This document shows, in pieces, positions 12,838 through 25,800 of a stretch of DNA of 64,000 nucleotides (its first letter is position 1; every line of letters starts with the position of its first letter). A program made the position numbers and the translations under genes. The stretch comes from Perkinsus chesapeaki ATCC PRA-425. Its lineage: Eukaryota; Protista; Perkinsozoa. The DNA is taken from assembly GCA_013115145.1 (NCBI GenBank), contig JAAPAO010000112.1, forward strand, positions 1 through 64,000, given 5' to 3'. The notes beneath the pieces were generated by a model, which saw only the letters and a program-made list of their open reading frames with translations, ran no database searches and was not told the origin of the DNA.

Positions 12838-13556
12838 ATGAGATCATCATCACCATTCACTTTAATGCTAACACTTATTCTTCCATTAGTTCTTATGGCT
12901 GAACCAGAACGTCAGGTTGTCGAACCTAGGATGAAAGTTGGAGGGTAATTAGTGATAAGCATAATAATAATATTAACAAGTATTATCGTAATACTTTTAG
13001 ATTCACTGATAGAGTCCAAGTATCAAATGAATGTAGCCGTACTACTGGACAGGAAGCTGCATCTAATGTAGATGCGTAAGTATACCAATAACTAGTATTA
13101 TGGTTGTTATGTATTATTTAATAGGACCCTCTGTCTTGGGGCATCTAAGGAACAATCTATACTTGATTCAGTTAAAGGACAAGTTGTTGAGATACTTCAG
13201 AAACAAGGGTATTCAGCTCAACTATTAATAATATCGTATTAGCAGCAATCGGTTCAGTTACAATGGTATTGTAAAGAACTTTGAGTTAAAGCTGGTTGAC
13301 TATGCCACTCAAGTGGTTGCTGGTAATAAGAGGTAATTAGTATTTGATGTGTTACTATTAAAGAGTAGGTATCAATCATGACATGCGTGTCCAGCTCATG
13401 CCTCATCGTGATGTGGTCCGTATCCGTGTATTTGAACCATTATATTCCCATGAGAACCAGAACTACGAAGTATCACAGTTAGAGTTTGTTGGAAAGGTTA
13501 ATGATGATGGAAAATATGAAGAGACGGAGAGAGCCATTCGTGATGATTTGCTTTAA
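12838..13556 (+). CDS. Secreted cystatin (stefin-like cysteine protease inhibitor)
   Basis: Signal peptide MRSSSPFTLMLTLILPLVLMA, N-terminal GG (MKVGGF), ILDSVKGQVVE, the canonical QVVAG hairpin (VDYATQVVAGINHDMRV) and RVFEPLYSHENQNY; five exons. Confidence 0.82.
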
Positions 13557-13699
13557 ATATGATGCCCCATCATTACCTCATTTGATTGTTATTACTTCAT
13601 TATTGATAGACCCAGATTTTTGCCAGACTATTAAGTGTTGTTGAGTATTTCTAGTGATGGGGGGGCTGTTGGTAATAAGCAATAATAGTGTTGGTATAA

Positions 13700-14272
13700 A
13701 TGCATTGTGAAGGTGCAGTGTCACAAAGTGAATGTCAACTTGTTTTCGTATATGGTACACTTAAAAGAGGATTTTATAATTGGGATAAATACTTAAAACC
13801 CGAACAAGGGGCTAAATTTATTGGTAGGATTATCGGCATTCATTCCAAGGATGATCTGTTTTAGCAACTGCCGTAACTATTAACAAATATCCATTGATTG
13901 TTGAGAAGAAATACGGTATACCATTCCTTATAAATAAAGAAGGTAAAGGGCATCATATAGAAGGGTAAGAAGAAGGGTCGTAGAATGTCTTAATATTGAT
14001 GGCTTTATGATGTTAGTGAAGTATTCAGTGTTACACCTGAGTGCTTGAAGGCTTTAGATCAACTTGAAGGTTATCCTAATTGGTATGATAGACATTTAAT
14101 ATCTGTGAAGTGTAGCGATGGTCCACAAGTCCAGAAGGTATTGGTTTATATGCGTAACTTGGTAAAGAGCCCTATGGATTGGGAGAAGGAAGAGGAGGGG
14201 GATCTATACCAGTCTTATACTCTTCAACTTCATAAACAGTTTTATGTAGCTGGACTTGCCGAAAGGGCATGA
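13700..14272 (+). CDS. GGACT: Gamma-glutamylamine cyclotransferase / AIG2-like (GGCT fold) protein
   Basis: LVFVYGTLKRGFYN, KYPLIV...GIPFL and GEVFSV...LKALDQLEGYPNWYDR; three exons. Confidence 0.85.
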
Positions 14273-14554
14273 GTAGCTCTTGAAGGTATGCGGTGGTTAG
14301 TGACATGCTGCTCCTGTTTCATTGTTTAATTTGTTAATGACTTTGGTTAATAACATTGTTATGGCTATAAACACAATGCTTTATTTGATAATATTTGTTA
14401 TTATTATCAGCAACATTAGACATGTATTGACCCGTTCAATAATAATACATGACATGATCTATTACTTTATACTGCATTATTAGACACTCAAGGTTGTTGT
14501 AGTTAACATGACTAATGATACTAGTTATCAAAAGTGATAAGTGAATAAGTATCA

Positions 14555-16973
14555 TTAGAATATGTCACCAGTCATATAAGTGCTACCAAAGTCGAGGAAC
14601 TCTGCCAACCAATGAAGTATAAATTCAGTTGCTATTGTTGTCAAACCAACAAGTAAGAAGAATGCCAGTATTACTGCCACAAACGTGCCTCTTCCTAAAC
14701 AAGGACAAGTATGAGTAGTATGTCGTATTCTCAGTAATGTCGTAACATCTTACTAACACCACAGAATGTATATATTGCACCAATAAGAAATAACAGTACC
14801 ACAGCACCTGTATAGATATGATATTATTATTATTATCATTAAATTGTTGCTGACTGTACTTGCTCCAAGGACAAAGTCTGTATAAGTATCGATGAGCCTC
14901 ATTATCTTACTCTATAAATATATTAATGTATTAATGAAGTTATGTGTTGTTATTATTACTTTTGTAAATAAACCTGATATATCAAAAGGCAACTTAATGG
15001 ATAAACCATCCATATCAACATTATCCATTATATTAATAACAACAACTGTTATACTATTAACATCATAATCATCATCATTTACCCAACACTAAAGACACTA
15101 TCATCATTATAACATAATAATATTACATGCTCATATCAATAACAACAACAGTGGTACTATAAAACAACAACAACAACAAGACACAGTTGAATATCAACTA
15201 CTTTATACTTTATATAGGATGTTTTTCATCATATGCATCAGATTCCAAGAAGAATGCAATTATACCAAACTTCTCTTTAATAGCACCCTTTAGCCTATCC
15301 CACACTTCTGGTACTGCATCATCAGTTATATATGATATACCAGCTATAATAAAAATAAATAATAATATCATAGTAAAGAAGGTAGCTGTACCTAATCACT
15401 ACAATCATTCTTGTTGTGGTGTTTATGAGGCTTACGGGCTCCAAAGCAAGCTGCAATTAATAGGATACTAAAAAAGGTAATGACAGAACCTAAAATAATA
15501 TTATTATTGCTACGGTTATATTATATTATTATTACCAACACCGAACAACCATCCGGCATAACTAATCATCACATTCCTCCACCATTCCTACAACGAACAT
15601 TACATCATTTAAAGTTAGGCTAGTTGAGGGAAATACGGTATGAGTTATTATTAACCTACATCTCTTATCCATCCATGTTCAATGAACTGTGATAGAGTAA
15701 ACCCATCAAATACCCATATCCAGAATGAATTAATAGGCCCCGCCATAATAATACTAAATTAACAATAATTACTATTAACACCACCACTATTAAGAGTATT
15801 ATAGAGAAGGAGTATAATCCTTTATTATTATTGCATGCCATCATCAGCTTCAACGCCAACATCAACACCACCATCATTTGAACCATCTTTTGCTTGTTTA
15901 GCTGCTTTAATAAACTTTCTAAAATTATTAACTATTGCTTGAACTGAATTAACTGGATCCAACAATACTGCCCATGGACCAGTAGAGACCTTCGCCAAGT
16001 TAAACTTATATTGGAAGTCTTCAAGTATTCTTTTAGCATAATAAGTTGCACCCAAAAACATAAATAATATGGACCAAAACATAAGTACAGCTACCCATTC
16101 TAGAAGGGAGGAAGTAATGTTAACTTATATGCCACTTACTTAGTCCAAAGAACTTGTAAACTCCACAGAGGAAAATAATAAATAGTAAGCTACCTGAACA
16201 TGGTGTAGTGGGATAATATATGATGATAATGAAGTTACCAAATCCTGTCATAAACTTAGGCCATTTGAAGAAGAATCCTATAAGCCAACTCTGACATAAT
16301 ATAATATTACGAGTTGAAGGAAATATGGTATAATTACATCATCTATCATTTTTCTTAGCTTCAATTGTTTAGCTCTATCAATCCTCTGGAATATCCATGA
16401 TAATGATTTAAAATATATCTAACTCTAACATTTACTATAATCTCCTTAATATTATAATTACCTTCTTATCTTTAGTATCTATTGTAAATCCACCATATAG
16501 TCTTGCATATTTAACATAAGGTAAGGAGTATACCGTTCTCTGATGATAGATAATATTAATTCATACAACATTCCCCCTACCTTAAATGCCTTCCCTCCTT
16601 GCTTTGTTGTTTCCTTCCATATTTTATTCCATATGTTTTCAAAAAAGTTAAGTCTCCTCCTCGGTACCTCATAATCATCACTTACTTCTTCTTCTTCTTC
16701 TTGTTGGTTATAATAATCCCTATAATCAGGTATTTCTATATAAAAAGGGTTATTATCCTAAATGTCATTATAATACCTAATATATAGGTATATATTACTA
16801 CATTAATTATATAGTCGTTGCTAATATAGTCAACTCTATCTAATATATCTAATGCTATAAATACCACCAATAATGATGGTAGTACTATCAAAATCATTAA
16901 CAAGTAAAACAACAACGACAACTGACGAGAAGGAGGATCTCAATAATCTAACCAACACTTGCTTACCTTGCAT
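14555..16973 (-). CDS. Multi-exon multi-pass membrane protein of unknown function (possibly two genes)
   Basis: Numerous hydrophobic exons (e.g. FWSILFMFLGATYY, FFTMILLFIFIIAGISY, TFVAVILAFFLLVGLTTI) are separated by GT-AG introns. The last exon ends ...MTGDIF-TAA. Confidence 0.55.
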
Positions 16974-17021
16974 TTCCTCAACTTATCCGCTCTTGCTGTT
17001 GTAGTGGTTGTTGTTGTTGTT

Positions 17022-18351
17022 ATGAATGTTAGTGGTCCTGTATTCACCTTAAGATCTCGTGATACATTATCATCAATTAATGATATTATATTATATAATA
17101 ATACAATAGTAACTGCTAGTAATGATGGTTATATACGTATATGGGATATGGTAGTAATATTACCACCACACAGTAGTAGGTTACTAATATTAGGTAACGA
17201 GAAGGCCTATAAGCCTATTATGTATTAATACTGGTAATACACCTATTAATAGTATAATAAATATTAATAATAGAGATATAGCAGTACAAACTAAGGCCAA
17301 TTCATTATCTCTGTGGCAAGTGGAAGTAGGTAATGGCAATAGTAAAGGTAATATTATTATTAATATTATTATTAACATACACATTAGATTCATCACCTAT
17401 ATGGTGTACCCCTATACCTAAGGCATATACCTTCTGTAAAGCAATACTATTAAAGGATGGTCGTACAATAGCATGTCCAATAACTGAGAATGACATTGGT
17501 ATATATGATGTTAATATTGGTAATTGTATTGATATATTAAGGTAATTATAATAATATTATATATCTAATAATTACACTAATAGAGCACCTACTGAAGATG
17601 GCAAAGATATAGGATCAGCTATAGCGATACGTCAACTAGATGAAAAGGAGAATAATGCCGTTGTAGTAGTATATGAATCTGGATGTAATAATAAAGGAAG
17701 GGTAGAGGGATGATAATGATAGTAATAGGTATAGCAATATTTGATATAACATCTTATGGTTACCCATGCTTAATAACATATATAGATATACCAAATCAGG
17801 CTATAGTAACATGTATGCAAGTGATTGAGAATGAGATATGGATAGGAACTTCTAATAGCTATATATTGATGATGGTAATAGTATTATATAACAATACTTA
17901 TAACATAACCAAAGTAATAATATACATTATACGTTATATAACTTATATACATTATCATTAGTAGGGTAATCCTCTATTAGTAGAGCCTACTAAAGAGGCT
18001 GGTATTGGATGTATAGCAGTCCGAGATGATTTACGTCTAGGTGTTGTTGGCTTATGGGATGGTAACATATCTCTTATTGATATTAAATCACGTACTATAT
18101 ATAATACATATTATCTAATTTTATATAGTATTAGGTACCTTATTAGGACAGTTACCTTTATCACATGATGCTAGTGTTACTAAGGCTATATTCCTACCGG
18201 ATAATCGTTTTGCTCTTGGTAGTACTGATGGACGTGTTACTATATGGAACACTTATCAACATAATAATACTAAGCAAATTCAGCAAGTTTCTTATTACTA
18301 TGTTGTTGCCGAGTTCACTTTAACATATATCTTGTTATTCAGTTTTTCATA
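17022..18351 (+). CDS. WD40 repeat protein, GNB1L/ASA1-like
   Basis: IVTASNDGYIRIWD; the C-terminal repeats AGIGCIAVRDDLRLGVVGLWDGNI and LSHDASVTKAIFLPDNRFALGSTDGRVTIWNTY resemble the GNB1L/Asa1 C-terminus. The 3' end is approximate. Confidence 0.65.
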
Positions 18352-18362
18352 GTGTTGTTAAT

Positions 18363-18948
18363 ATGGCGGTTGGTCCCATGGCTCGGTAGGGATAAGCCTT
18401 CATGAATAATAGTAGTATTATGTTGTTAGGTTGGTTACTAGAGTAGCCTCAGTAGCAAGTAATATGATTGGTAAAGCAGTTGTTAATGCATATAAAGATG
18501 CAGCTAAACGAGCTGCCCATGCTGCTACTTTAGCGTAATAATTAATAAGTATTATTATTAATAATAATATAATAGGGCTGCTAAACGTAAAATGCCGGTA
18601 GAAGATGCACATAAAATACTTGGGGTTGATAATAATGAATTACTTAACCCAGAGGCAAGGGACATATTAGCTGAAGTAATATGCTAAGTATATATAATAA
18701 CTATTGTTATATATGAAGTAATTTAGCACTATAAAAAGTTATATGAACTTAATAATCCTAATCCACCTGAGTTTTATGGTAGTCCATATATACAAAGTAG
18801 AGTAGAGCATGCTTATAAGGTAATATTAGTATTATTATTATACTGTATAATAATAGTATACTATTATTAGGTTGCCTTACAGGAGATTCAACAAAATAGT
18901 AAGAATGCTACTTCTACTACTACCACTGTTAATAACAACAAGCAATAG
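18363..18948 (+). CDS. PAM16: Mitochondrial import motor J-like subunit Pam16/Tim16
   Basis: Spliced product MAVGPMARLV...GKAVVNAYKDAA...MPVEDAHKILG...HYKKLYELNNP...GSPYIQSRVEHAYKVALQE. Confidence 0.85.
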
Positions 18949-19080
18949 CAGCTGCTGCTTTACTACCATTCATCATCATCATCAACATATCCCTTCTGTT
19001 TCTTATTGTATTACTATTCAATATTATAATAATATTGTGTTAATATATATAGTAGTATATAGTTTATTATAGTACTTATA

Positions 19081-19872
19081 ATGAGCACAATAATAACAGG
19101 TAGACCCATAGGTAGAAGTACTGATGATATAGAAGTAGGATCTAATATACAGAATGGTACATGTATACCAAATACTATACTTATAACACCTAAAGCTTAT
19201 AGGGTAGTAAAAGGCTGTTATAAAGCCCCTCCTTCTTCCTTTATTTGATAGATACGGTATAATTGGGTATTTTGGATATATTTATTGTTAATGAGTATTG
19301 TTTGTACTAGTGGTGTATGGGCTGGATTCTTCTACAATAGAAGTGATGACTTGGTATGGCGTATTGCTTTAATACTAATTATTATATTCTTCCTTTCTGC
19401 TGTATTATCCTTTTTTGCACCAGTACGTCTTATATTATTACAGGATAGGATAATTATGGGATCACTTATAGCCACTTTTACTGTTCATTATATTCATATA
19501 GAAGAAGTTATGTTAGTAAGTAATCTATTGTCAATTATTATTCAATTGTCATTATTTAATAGGTTCAAAGTTGCTGTGGTGAAGATGCATTAGATGTAGC
19601 TCAACGTTACCCTTGCCGTACTTTTTTCGGCTTTCCTACCGCTTTTCCTAATTATGTTGCTATAGCTAGTACAAAGTGTACCAGTAATATAATGGTATCT
19701 ACATATAATATGGATGAGCTTGTTAATGATATAAGAAGTATGATATCAAGGTCAAGAATGGTAATGAATTAATGTGTTGTTGATAATATTAATTATGTTA
19801 ATTGTGTTCATTATCATTAATTACGAATAATATAATACTAGCACCATTGGTGGTACCGCAGTAAATCGGTAA
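19081..19872 (+). CDS. Hypothetical small membrane protein (two TM helices plus soluble domain)
   Basis: Exons give WVFWIYLLLMSIVCTSGVWAGFF and WRIALILIIIFFLSAVLSFFAP, then a soluble region. The 3' end is uncertain. Confidence 0.55.
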
Positions 19873-20227
19873 CAGAAGACCCCGAGGTAACGCTCCACAG
19901 AAACTCACAGAGTAGGGTCGGATTCTAGAAGGTTTTGGGGGTAAGAGGGTGGAAAGTTGGGCGAATGGAATATGAGAGGGCTGCAAGCTAAGTCAAAGCT
20001 AAGCCGCTCTCAAAGATCAGCTCACGAGGCAGTGTCCAACGTTCCCGACTCAAGATTCTTGCTTCCAACAATGCTTCAGAAGCCCTGTTTGTTTCAACCT
20101 CGATGGAACTGGTGCAACAGCAGTGATTATGTTACAGCATTCTGCTTGTGCCGCACAAGTTGTGGGCCCCACCTATTTCCTTCCTCTTTTTGGCGAAGAC
20201 TTTTGGCTCGCTTTTACCTCTGCTGGC

Positions 20228-22533
20228 TCAATTTTCTCTCTTCCCCTCCCCCTTTCCCTCTATTCCCTTTTGTCCCTCCCTCCTTCCCTTCCCCTCCCCC
20301 TTTCCCTCTATTCCCTTTGTCTTTCCCTTCCATATATTTAATGTAGCATTGAATTCAACACTATGTGTATAATAATAATAAGGTTCTGCTTGTGCTTGTT
20401 GAAGTGTAGTATAAGGAACATAGTTAGTATAAGGAACATACATAGTATTATTATTATCATCAGTACTACCAACAATATCATCAGACATATAAAATTGTTG
20501 ATTGTCAATGAAACCATCTATATTATTGTCTTGCATTGCTGCCACACCAGCACATAACCTCCAGTGAGATGCATTACTTCCTATAATTAATCCTACATTC
20601 ATATATTCTACCCAATCTCTTTACTACCTAGCTTCCGCATATTATGGTTAATAGCTCCTCGATGATCCCTGTACTCAACTTCAACGGTTTCCTGCATATC
20701 TTCTGGTGCTATTGACCGTAATTCCCAATCAATAACCTATACCACCACCATTACCACCACCGTAATAACCCTAGTATCAAGCATCACTACTACTACCTCA
20801 AATAGTTCAGGATCAACTACTGAGTTCCATAAGCCAATAGTATTACCTCTTGGACGTACTGATAGGACTATACCATTCTAACAACAACAGCACAATAATA
20901 CTAATATAATTAATTAATATTACCATTTTTTGTGGTGCAGTAAATAAATTACCCAATAATGCTAGAACACATGTTGAATAATAGTCCTTACTATCTGTTC
21001 TACATAACCCTTTTACTACCCAACGTCCTCCTTCCCTATTAACACCATCCATATAGACATATTAGTGATGATGCTGCTATGCTATTATTATTACTGATTC
21101 CTCTCATCTTCCCATGCTGGCTGTATACCATTTTTAAAAACCGATAAAGTACTATATTTAGGTAACTTCATCAGGTCAATAGAATTCCAAAATTGCCAGA
21201 ACTGTTCAACACTCTTTATATCACCTAATATATATCCATACCAACTTTCCCTCACAAATGCCAGTCTACTACCTATCCGGACTAGGCCCCGAGAATACTC
21301 CTCGGAATCTCGTGCCCCAATAGGATGATTAGCATTATTGGACCCAGGATCATACCTAGTATATATATTGTAACTCGTTTATTAATAGTACATTGTACCA
21401 AATGGTAAATGAATCAAATAAAGGAGTACCCTTTATATTATCCTCTTCAACAACAGCAGCAGTAGCCTTAGCATTGTCCTTCTCTTCTATTAATACCTTA
21501 TTATCTTCTATTACCTCATCAACTGTTGTTGGTGTATCATTTACTTCTATAATAATATACTATAATAACATCATATTATCCTTACCATCCTCTTCTATTA
21601 GTATATCTTCCTCCTCATTAGACTTATCATTTTCCTTATCTTCCTCCCCATCTATCCGATCAACTCCTTGTTGTACCTATATTGTCCATACACCCTTCCA
21701 TTATAATATTCTACTTACCTGTTTCCCTCTCCTACGTCTTCTATTCTTTAATGCTTCTGGTGATGCAGGTACATGATGATGATTACTATTTGTTGTTGTT
21801 ATTTGCTCTTGTTGCGGTTGGTTTTCATTATTATTATGTTCCTTAGACGACGTTGTGGTTGCTGTATTATGCGCTTCGGCAAGCCTAGATCTAGCCTTTT
21901 GTTTTGCCTATATTACCAATATTATTATTAATATATTATTAATATATACCTTTAATAATGCTACTGCCTCCCTTGCTGCAGCATTACCACTACAACATCC
22001 TAACCATGGAGGAGGTGCTGCCACTTGATATGCGACAGATGACGAAGAATCGGGATCCCTTCGACTGTAATAATAATATTCTTAATATGGTAATATATAA
22101 TATATTACTAGTTAAGAACAGGAGATGGTTCAGCCTCAGAGTCACTTCGGATACAACTCCATAGGAGGTATCTAATATTAGATTCCAACACTACCATCCA
22201 TCTCCTACTCCCTCCCCTTTACCTGCTCTGGGGACATAATGGTGGACTGGCACTAATACCAGAACGTCTACGTGGGCGACTAGAGCTACGACCTAATGTA
22301 CGTCTATATGGTGTTATTATATATAATGTATATACTTCTTTCACGTCTAGCAGCTGCTTCTTTGATTTGTGGTTCAGTAGCTTCATCATCAGCTTCAAAC
22401 TCTACAATAACAGAGTCAGGTAGGATCTAATTAATAATATCACCCTTCACTAATAACAACAACAACCTACAAATTGTCCATCAATAACATCATCCTTATT
22501 ATCTTCTATGGGTTCTATTGACGTTGCTTCCAT
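20228..22533 (-). CDS. EIF4E: eIF4E-family cap-binding protein with long N- and C-terminal extensions
   Basis: TPLFDSFTIW, KSVEQFWQFWNSI, VFKNGIQPAWEDERNQEGGRW, VLALLG and IVLSVRPRGNTIGLWN. The core spans ~20620-21420. The 3' end is approximate. Confidence 0.88.
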
Positions 22534-22850
22534 GACGTTTGGCTAATGGAAAACCACTAACACTCAACACCAGCCTATAAGGACGTTCAATAAGCAGATC
22601 TTGAAATTCATAATCGATTCCAGAACTGCTTTGTACACGCAAATTGAGATGCTAGAATCGATCCAAGATTAAACAGGGCCCCTGTTACAGGGGGTTAGTT
22701 TGGAAAAAACATTTCAAAAGAGCTAAGTCACGCATCGCTCCGCTGAACCATGTCATCTCCCTGCATTTAGGTAATATATGTTTTCATTCATATTTTGTAT
22801 ATAGCGCGCGCCCTGGACTGTATACCACTTGAGTTGTTGTAGGGTAGTAG

Positions 22851-25800
22851 ATGCCTAAAGCATATCTAAGATATAAAGGAGAGGGGTCTCTAGGGGCTAT
22901 AGTTAGCCAACAAGGTACTAAGGATGGTATTTCAGAGGAAAATACGGTATGAGATTAGGCAACGTGGTTGTTACTGGAAACTCCTCCTCTAGTAGTGGAA
23001 GATATATATTCTGTCCAACTAATGATAGTGTTACTATATGGGATATTAAAACACAAACTATTAAAGGTATTATGGAAATACCATTAGGTAAAGATGAATT
23101 ACAAAAGAGGCCACCACAGGTAGTATTATTAGTAATATTATCATACACTGCTCCACTACATAGGTAACTGCATTATCTAATCTATATACACCTAATACAA
23201 CAAGCTGGCATGATGCTAAAATAGCTGTTGGTTATAGTGATGGTGATATATTACTACCTATTGTAGTATTATTATATATGCCTTATAGGTTCTATACGTA
23301 TATTCTCATATGATGATCATCAATCTAAGCCAGGATCAGTAGATGGTATATGGTCACCTGATGTATGCTTTATAGGTCATAGATCTGCAGTTAATGTACT
23401 TAAATTCTCTCGTGGTGGTTTCCAACTATGTAATTTTATAATACCATATTTCTTGCGTATAGTATATGATTGTAGGTAGTGGTGGTGCTGATAATGATGT
23501 TATAGTGTGGGATGTAGTAGCTGAGACTGGTATGTGCCGTCTTAGTGGCCATAAGGATCAAGTCACTGACCTTGTACTATCATCATCATTACTAATAGTC
23601 CATAAACCTATTATTAGGCCCTTCTACATGAGACCAATGCCCCTGATGCCTCACTGAGTTATGTTGTTAGTGTATCTAAAGATACTACTTGTAAAGTATG
23701 GAGTATTGGTACACAGATATGTGTACAAACATGTAGGATGGTGTTATATATTATAATATATATAACTGCTTTATATAGGTGGTGAATCTAGAGGTGAACT
23801 ATGGTCTATAGCAACAACCACACAAGTAGTGTCTACTCATAATAATACTACTACTACTCCAAATGATAATAGTACAGTACTACTTGTTACAGGAGGTGTA
23901 GATCAAAAGCTCTATATGTAATAGTAGTTAATAGGGTATGATAATATATCGATTACCGTATTATGCTAGGTATGGTATATCAAGCTTATCATTGCTGTCT
24001 GGTGGGGGGTTAGACGCAACTGGTGATATGATGAAGTTTATTGGACCATTAGACAGGGGAAGTGGAGAGTCTGGATTAAAGAAGCGTGTTGGTATGTAAT
24101 ACGATGATAAACTAGAAGAAGATATACCTGGTTTGATAGGTACATTAGCATTTACATATGATGGTAGTAGGTTATTAGCCCAGGCTGTAGGAAGGACTAT
24201 TGAGATATATGATATGGTAATAATAAAGGGGAGGATTAGGAAGGAGGGGATAGTATATTGAATAGTTAACTGAGAAATATCGTAAAAGAGTGCAAAGAAG
24301 AAAGAGAGAGAAGGCAGCTAAAAAACATAAGACAACAGCTGCCACAGCCACAGCAGCGGGTCCAGATGGTGTGGAGCAGCAGCAGCAGGAGGCGGCGGCG
24401 GCAGCTGAGAGTCAACAACAGGAGGATAATGGGGAGGATGGTACAAAGCCTATGAGCGCAGCAGAGTTATATAAATTAAGGGATAAGGTATGATGAATAA
24501 TGGAGGTTAAGAGGTGGTGGTGGTATGATGGTATGGGTGGTATGTTTTAGTTATTACATTTACCTGGTAAAATAGGATCTATGGCGATATATAAGGATAC
24601 AGTATGTGTTGGGTTATTAGATAACTCATTGCATTTGGTAGGTTACTAATAGGGATAATATAATATATATAATATAGATACCATCATTAACAAATGAATT
24701 ACAAAGTGATGATGATAATAATAAAGATAGAATGAGTATAAGAGGTAAAGGCCATAGACAGGCGATTAGGTAATAATAGTGGAATAAGGCAGGGAGGGAG
24801 GGAGGGGGTATTACTATATACCCGACTATTAGGTATGTATCATTTTCACCTGATAGTAGTATGTTAATGTCATGCTCTGGTGAATCATTAAGGATATGGA
24901 CAGCACAAAGCAGTAAACAATGTGTTAGACATATAGATAATACTGGATATAGTAATAACATTAGCTATTATTATTGAGTAATACAAGTGTTATTTATAGT
25001 ATTATGTGGAAGATGGTATGCTGGTAATCAACATGTAGTATGTGGTACTAAGGATGGTTCATTATCATTATATGATCTACAAACAGGGGAATGTATATCA
25101 CGGGTAGTAATAAGGGTTAATAAATAGGTGGTATATAATATACTTATTACTAATACATAAATACTATAACCATCTAAACCTTCAGTATTATCTCTTTAAT
25201 AGGCATATTCAGCTGCATAAAGAGATCGTAGTAATAGTAGTACATATCATAGTATAGTAGTAGTAGTTATAGAGGTATATAATAATAGTAAATGATGATG
25301 TTAATATAATGATATCATTCCATTGTTGGAGTATAACCTTCTCCCTTAGACCTTGGCATCAGAGGAAAGTGCTCAGCAACCAATATATGGTATATGTGAT
25401 GATCCTGATGTTGAAGGTAGTACTGCACTTTCAGTAGTATGTCTATATGTCTATATGTTAAGATAACTTCATTACTGTTGGTGCTGATAAGACATTACGG
25501 TATTATTCAACTGATATGTCTAGTATTGGTCAAGATGAATCTTCTATCCTGATAGAGGTACTATACAACATTAACAATAACAATAATATACATATTGTTA
25601 TATAGGATGATAGTAAAAGGTTAACATTAAATGATGATGGTCTTTGTGTCGCACTGTCCCCTAAAGATAAAAAGAAACCAGATGCCCCTAGGTAACAGGC
25701 ATGAGCTCCTCAGCTCTGGGGTGGTGGTTGTATTATTATAAATATCAGGTTTCTGGCAATAGGCTTATTAGACTCTACCATAACAGTAGTATATGCTGAT

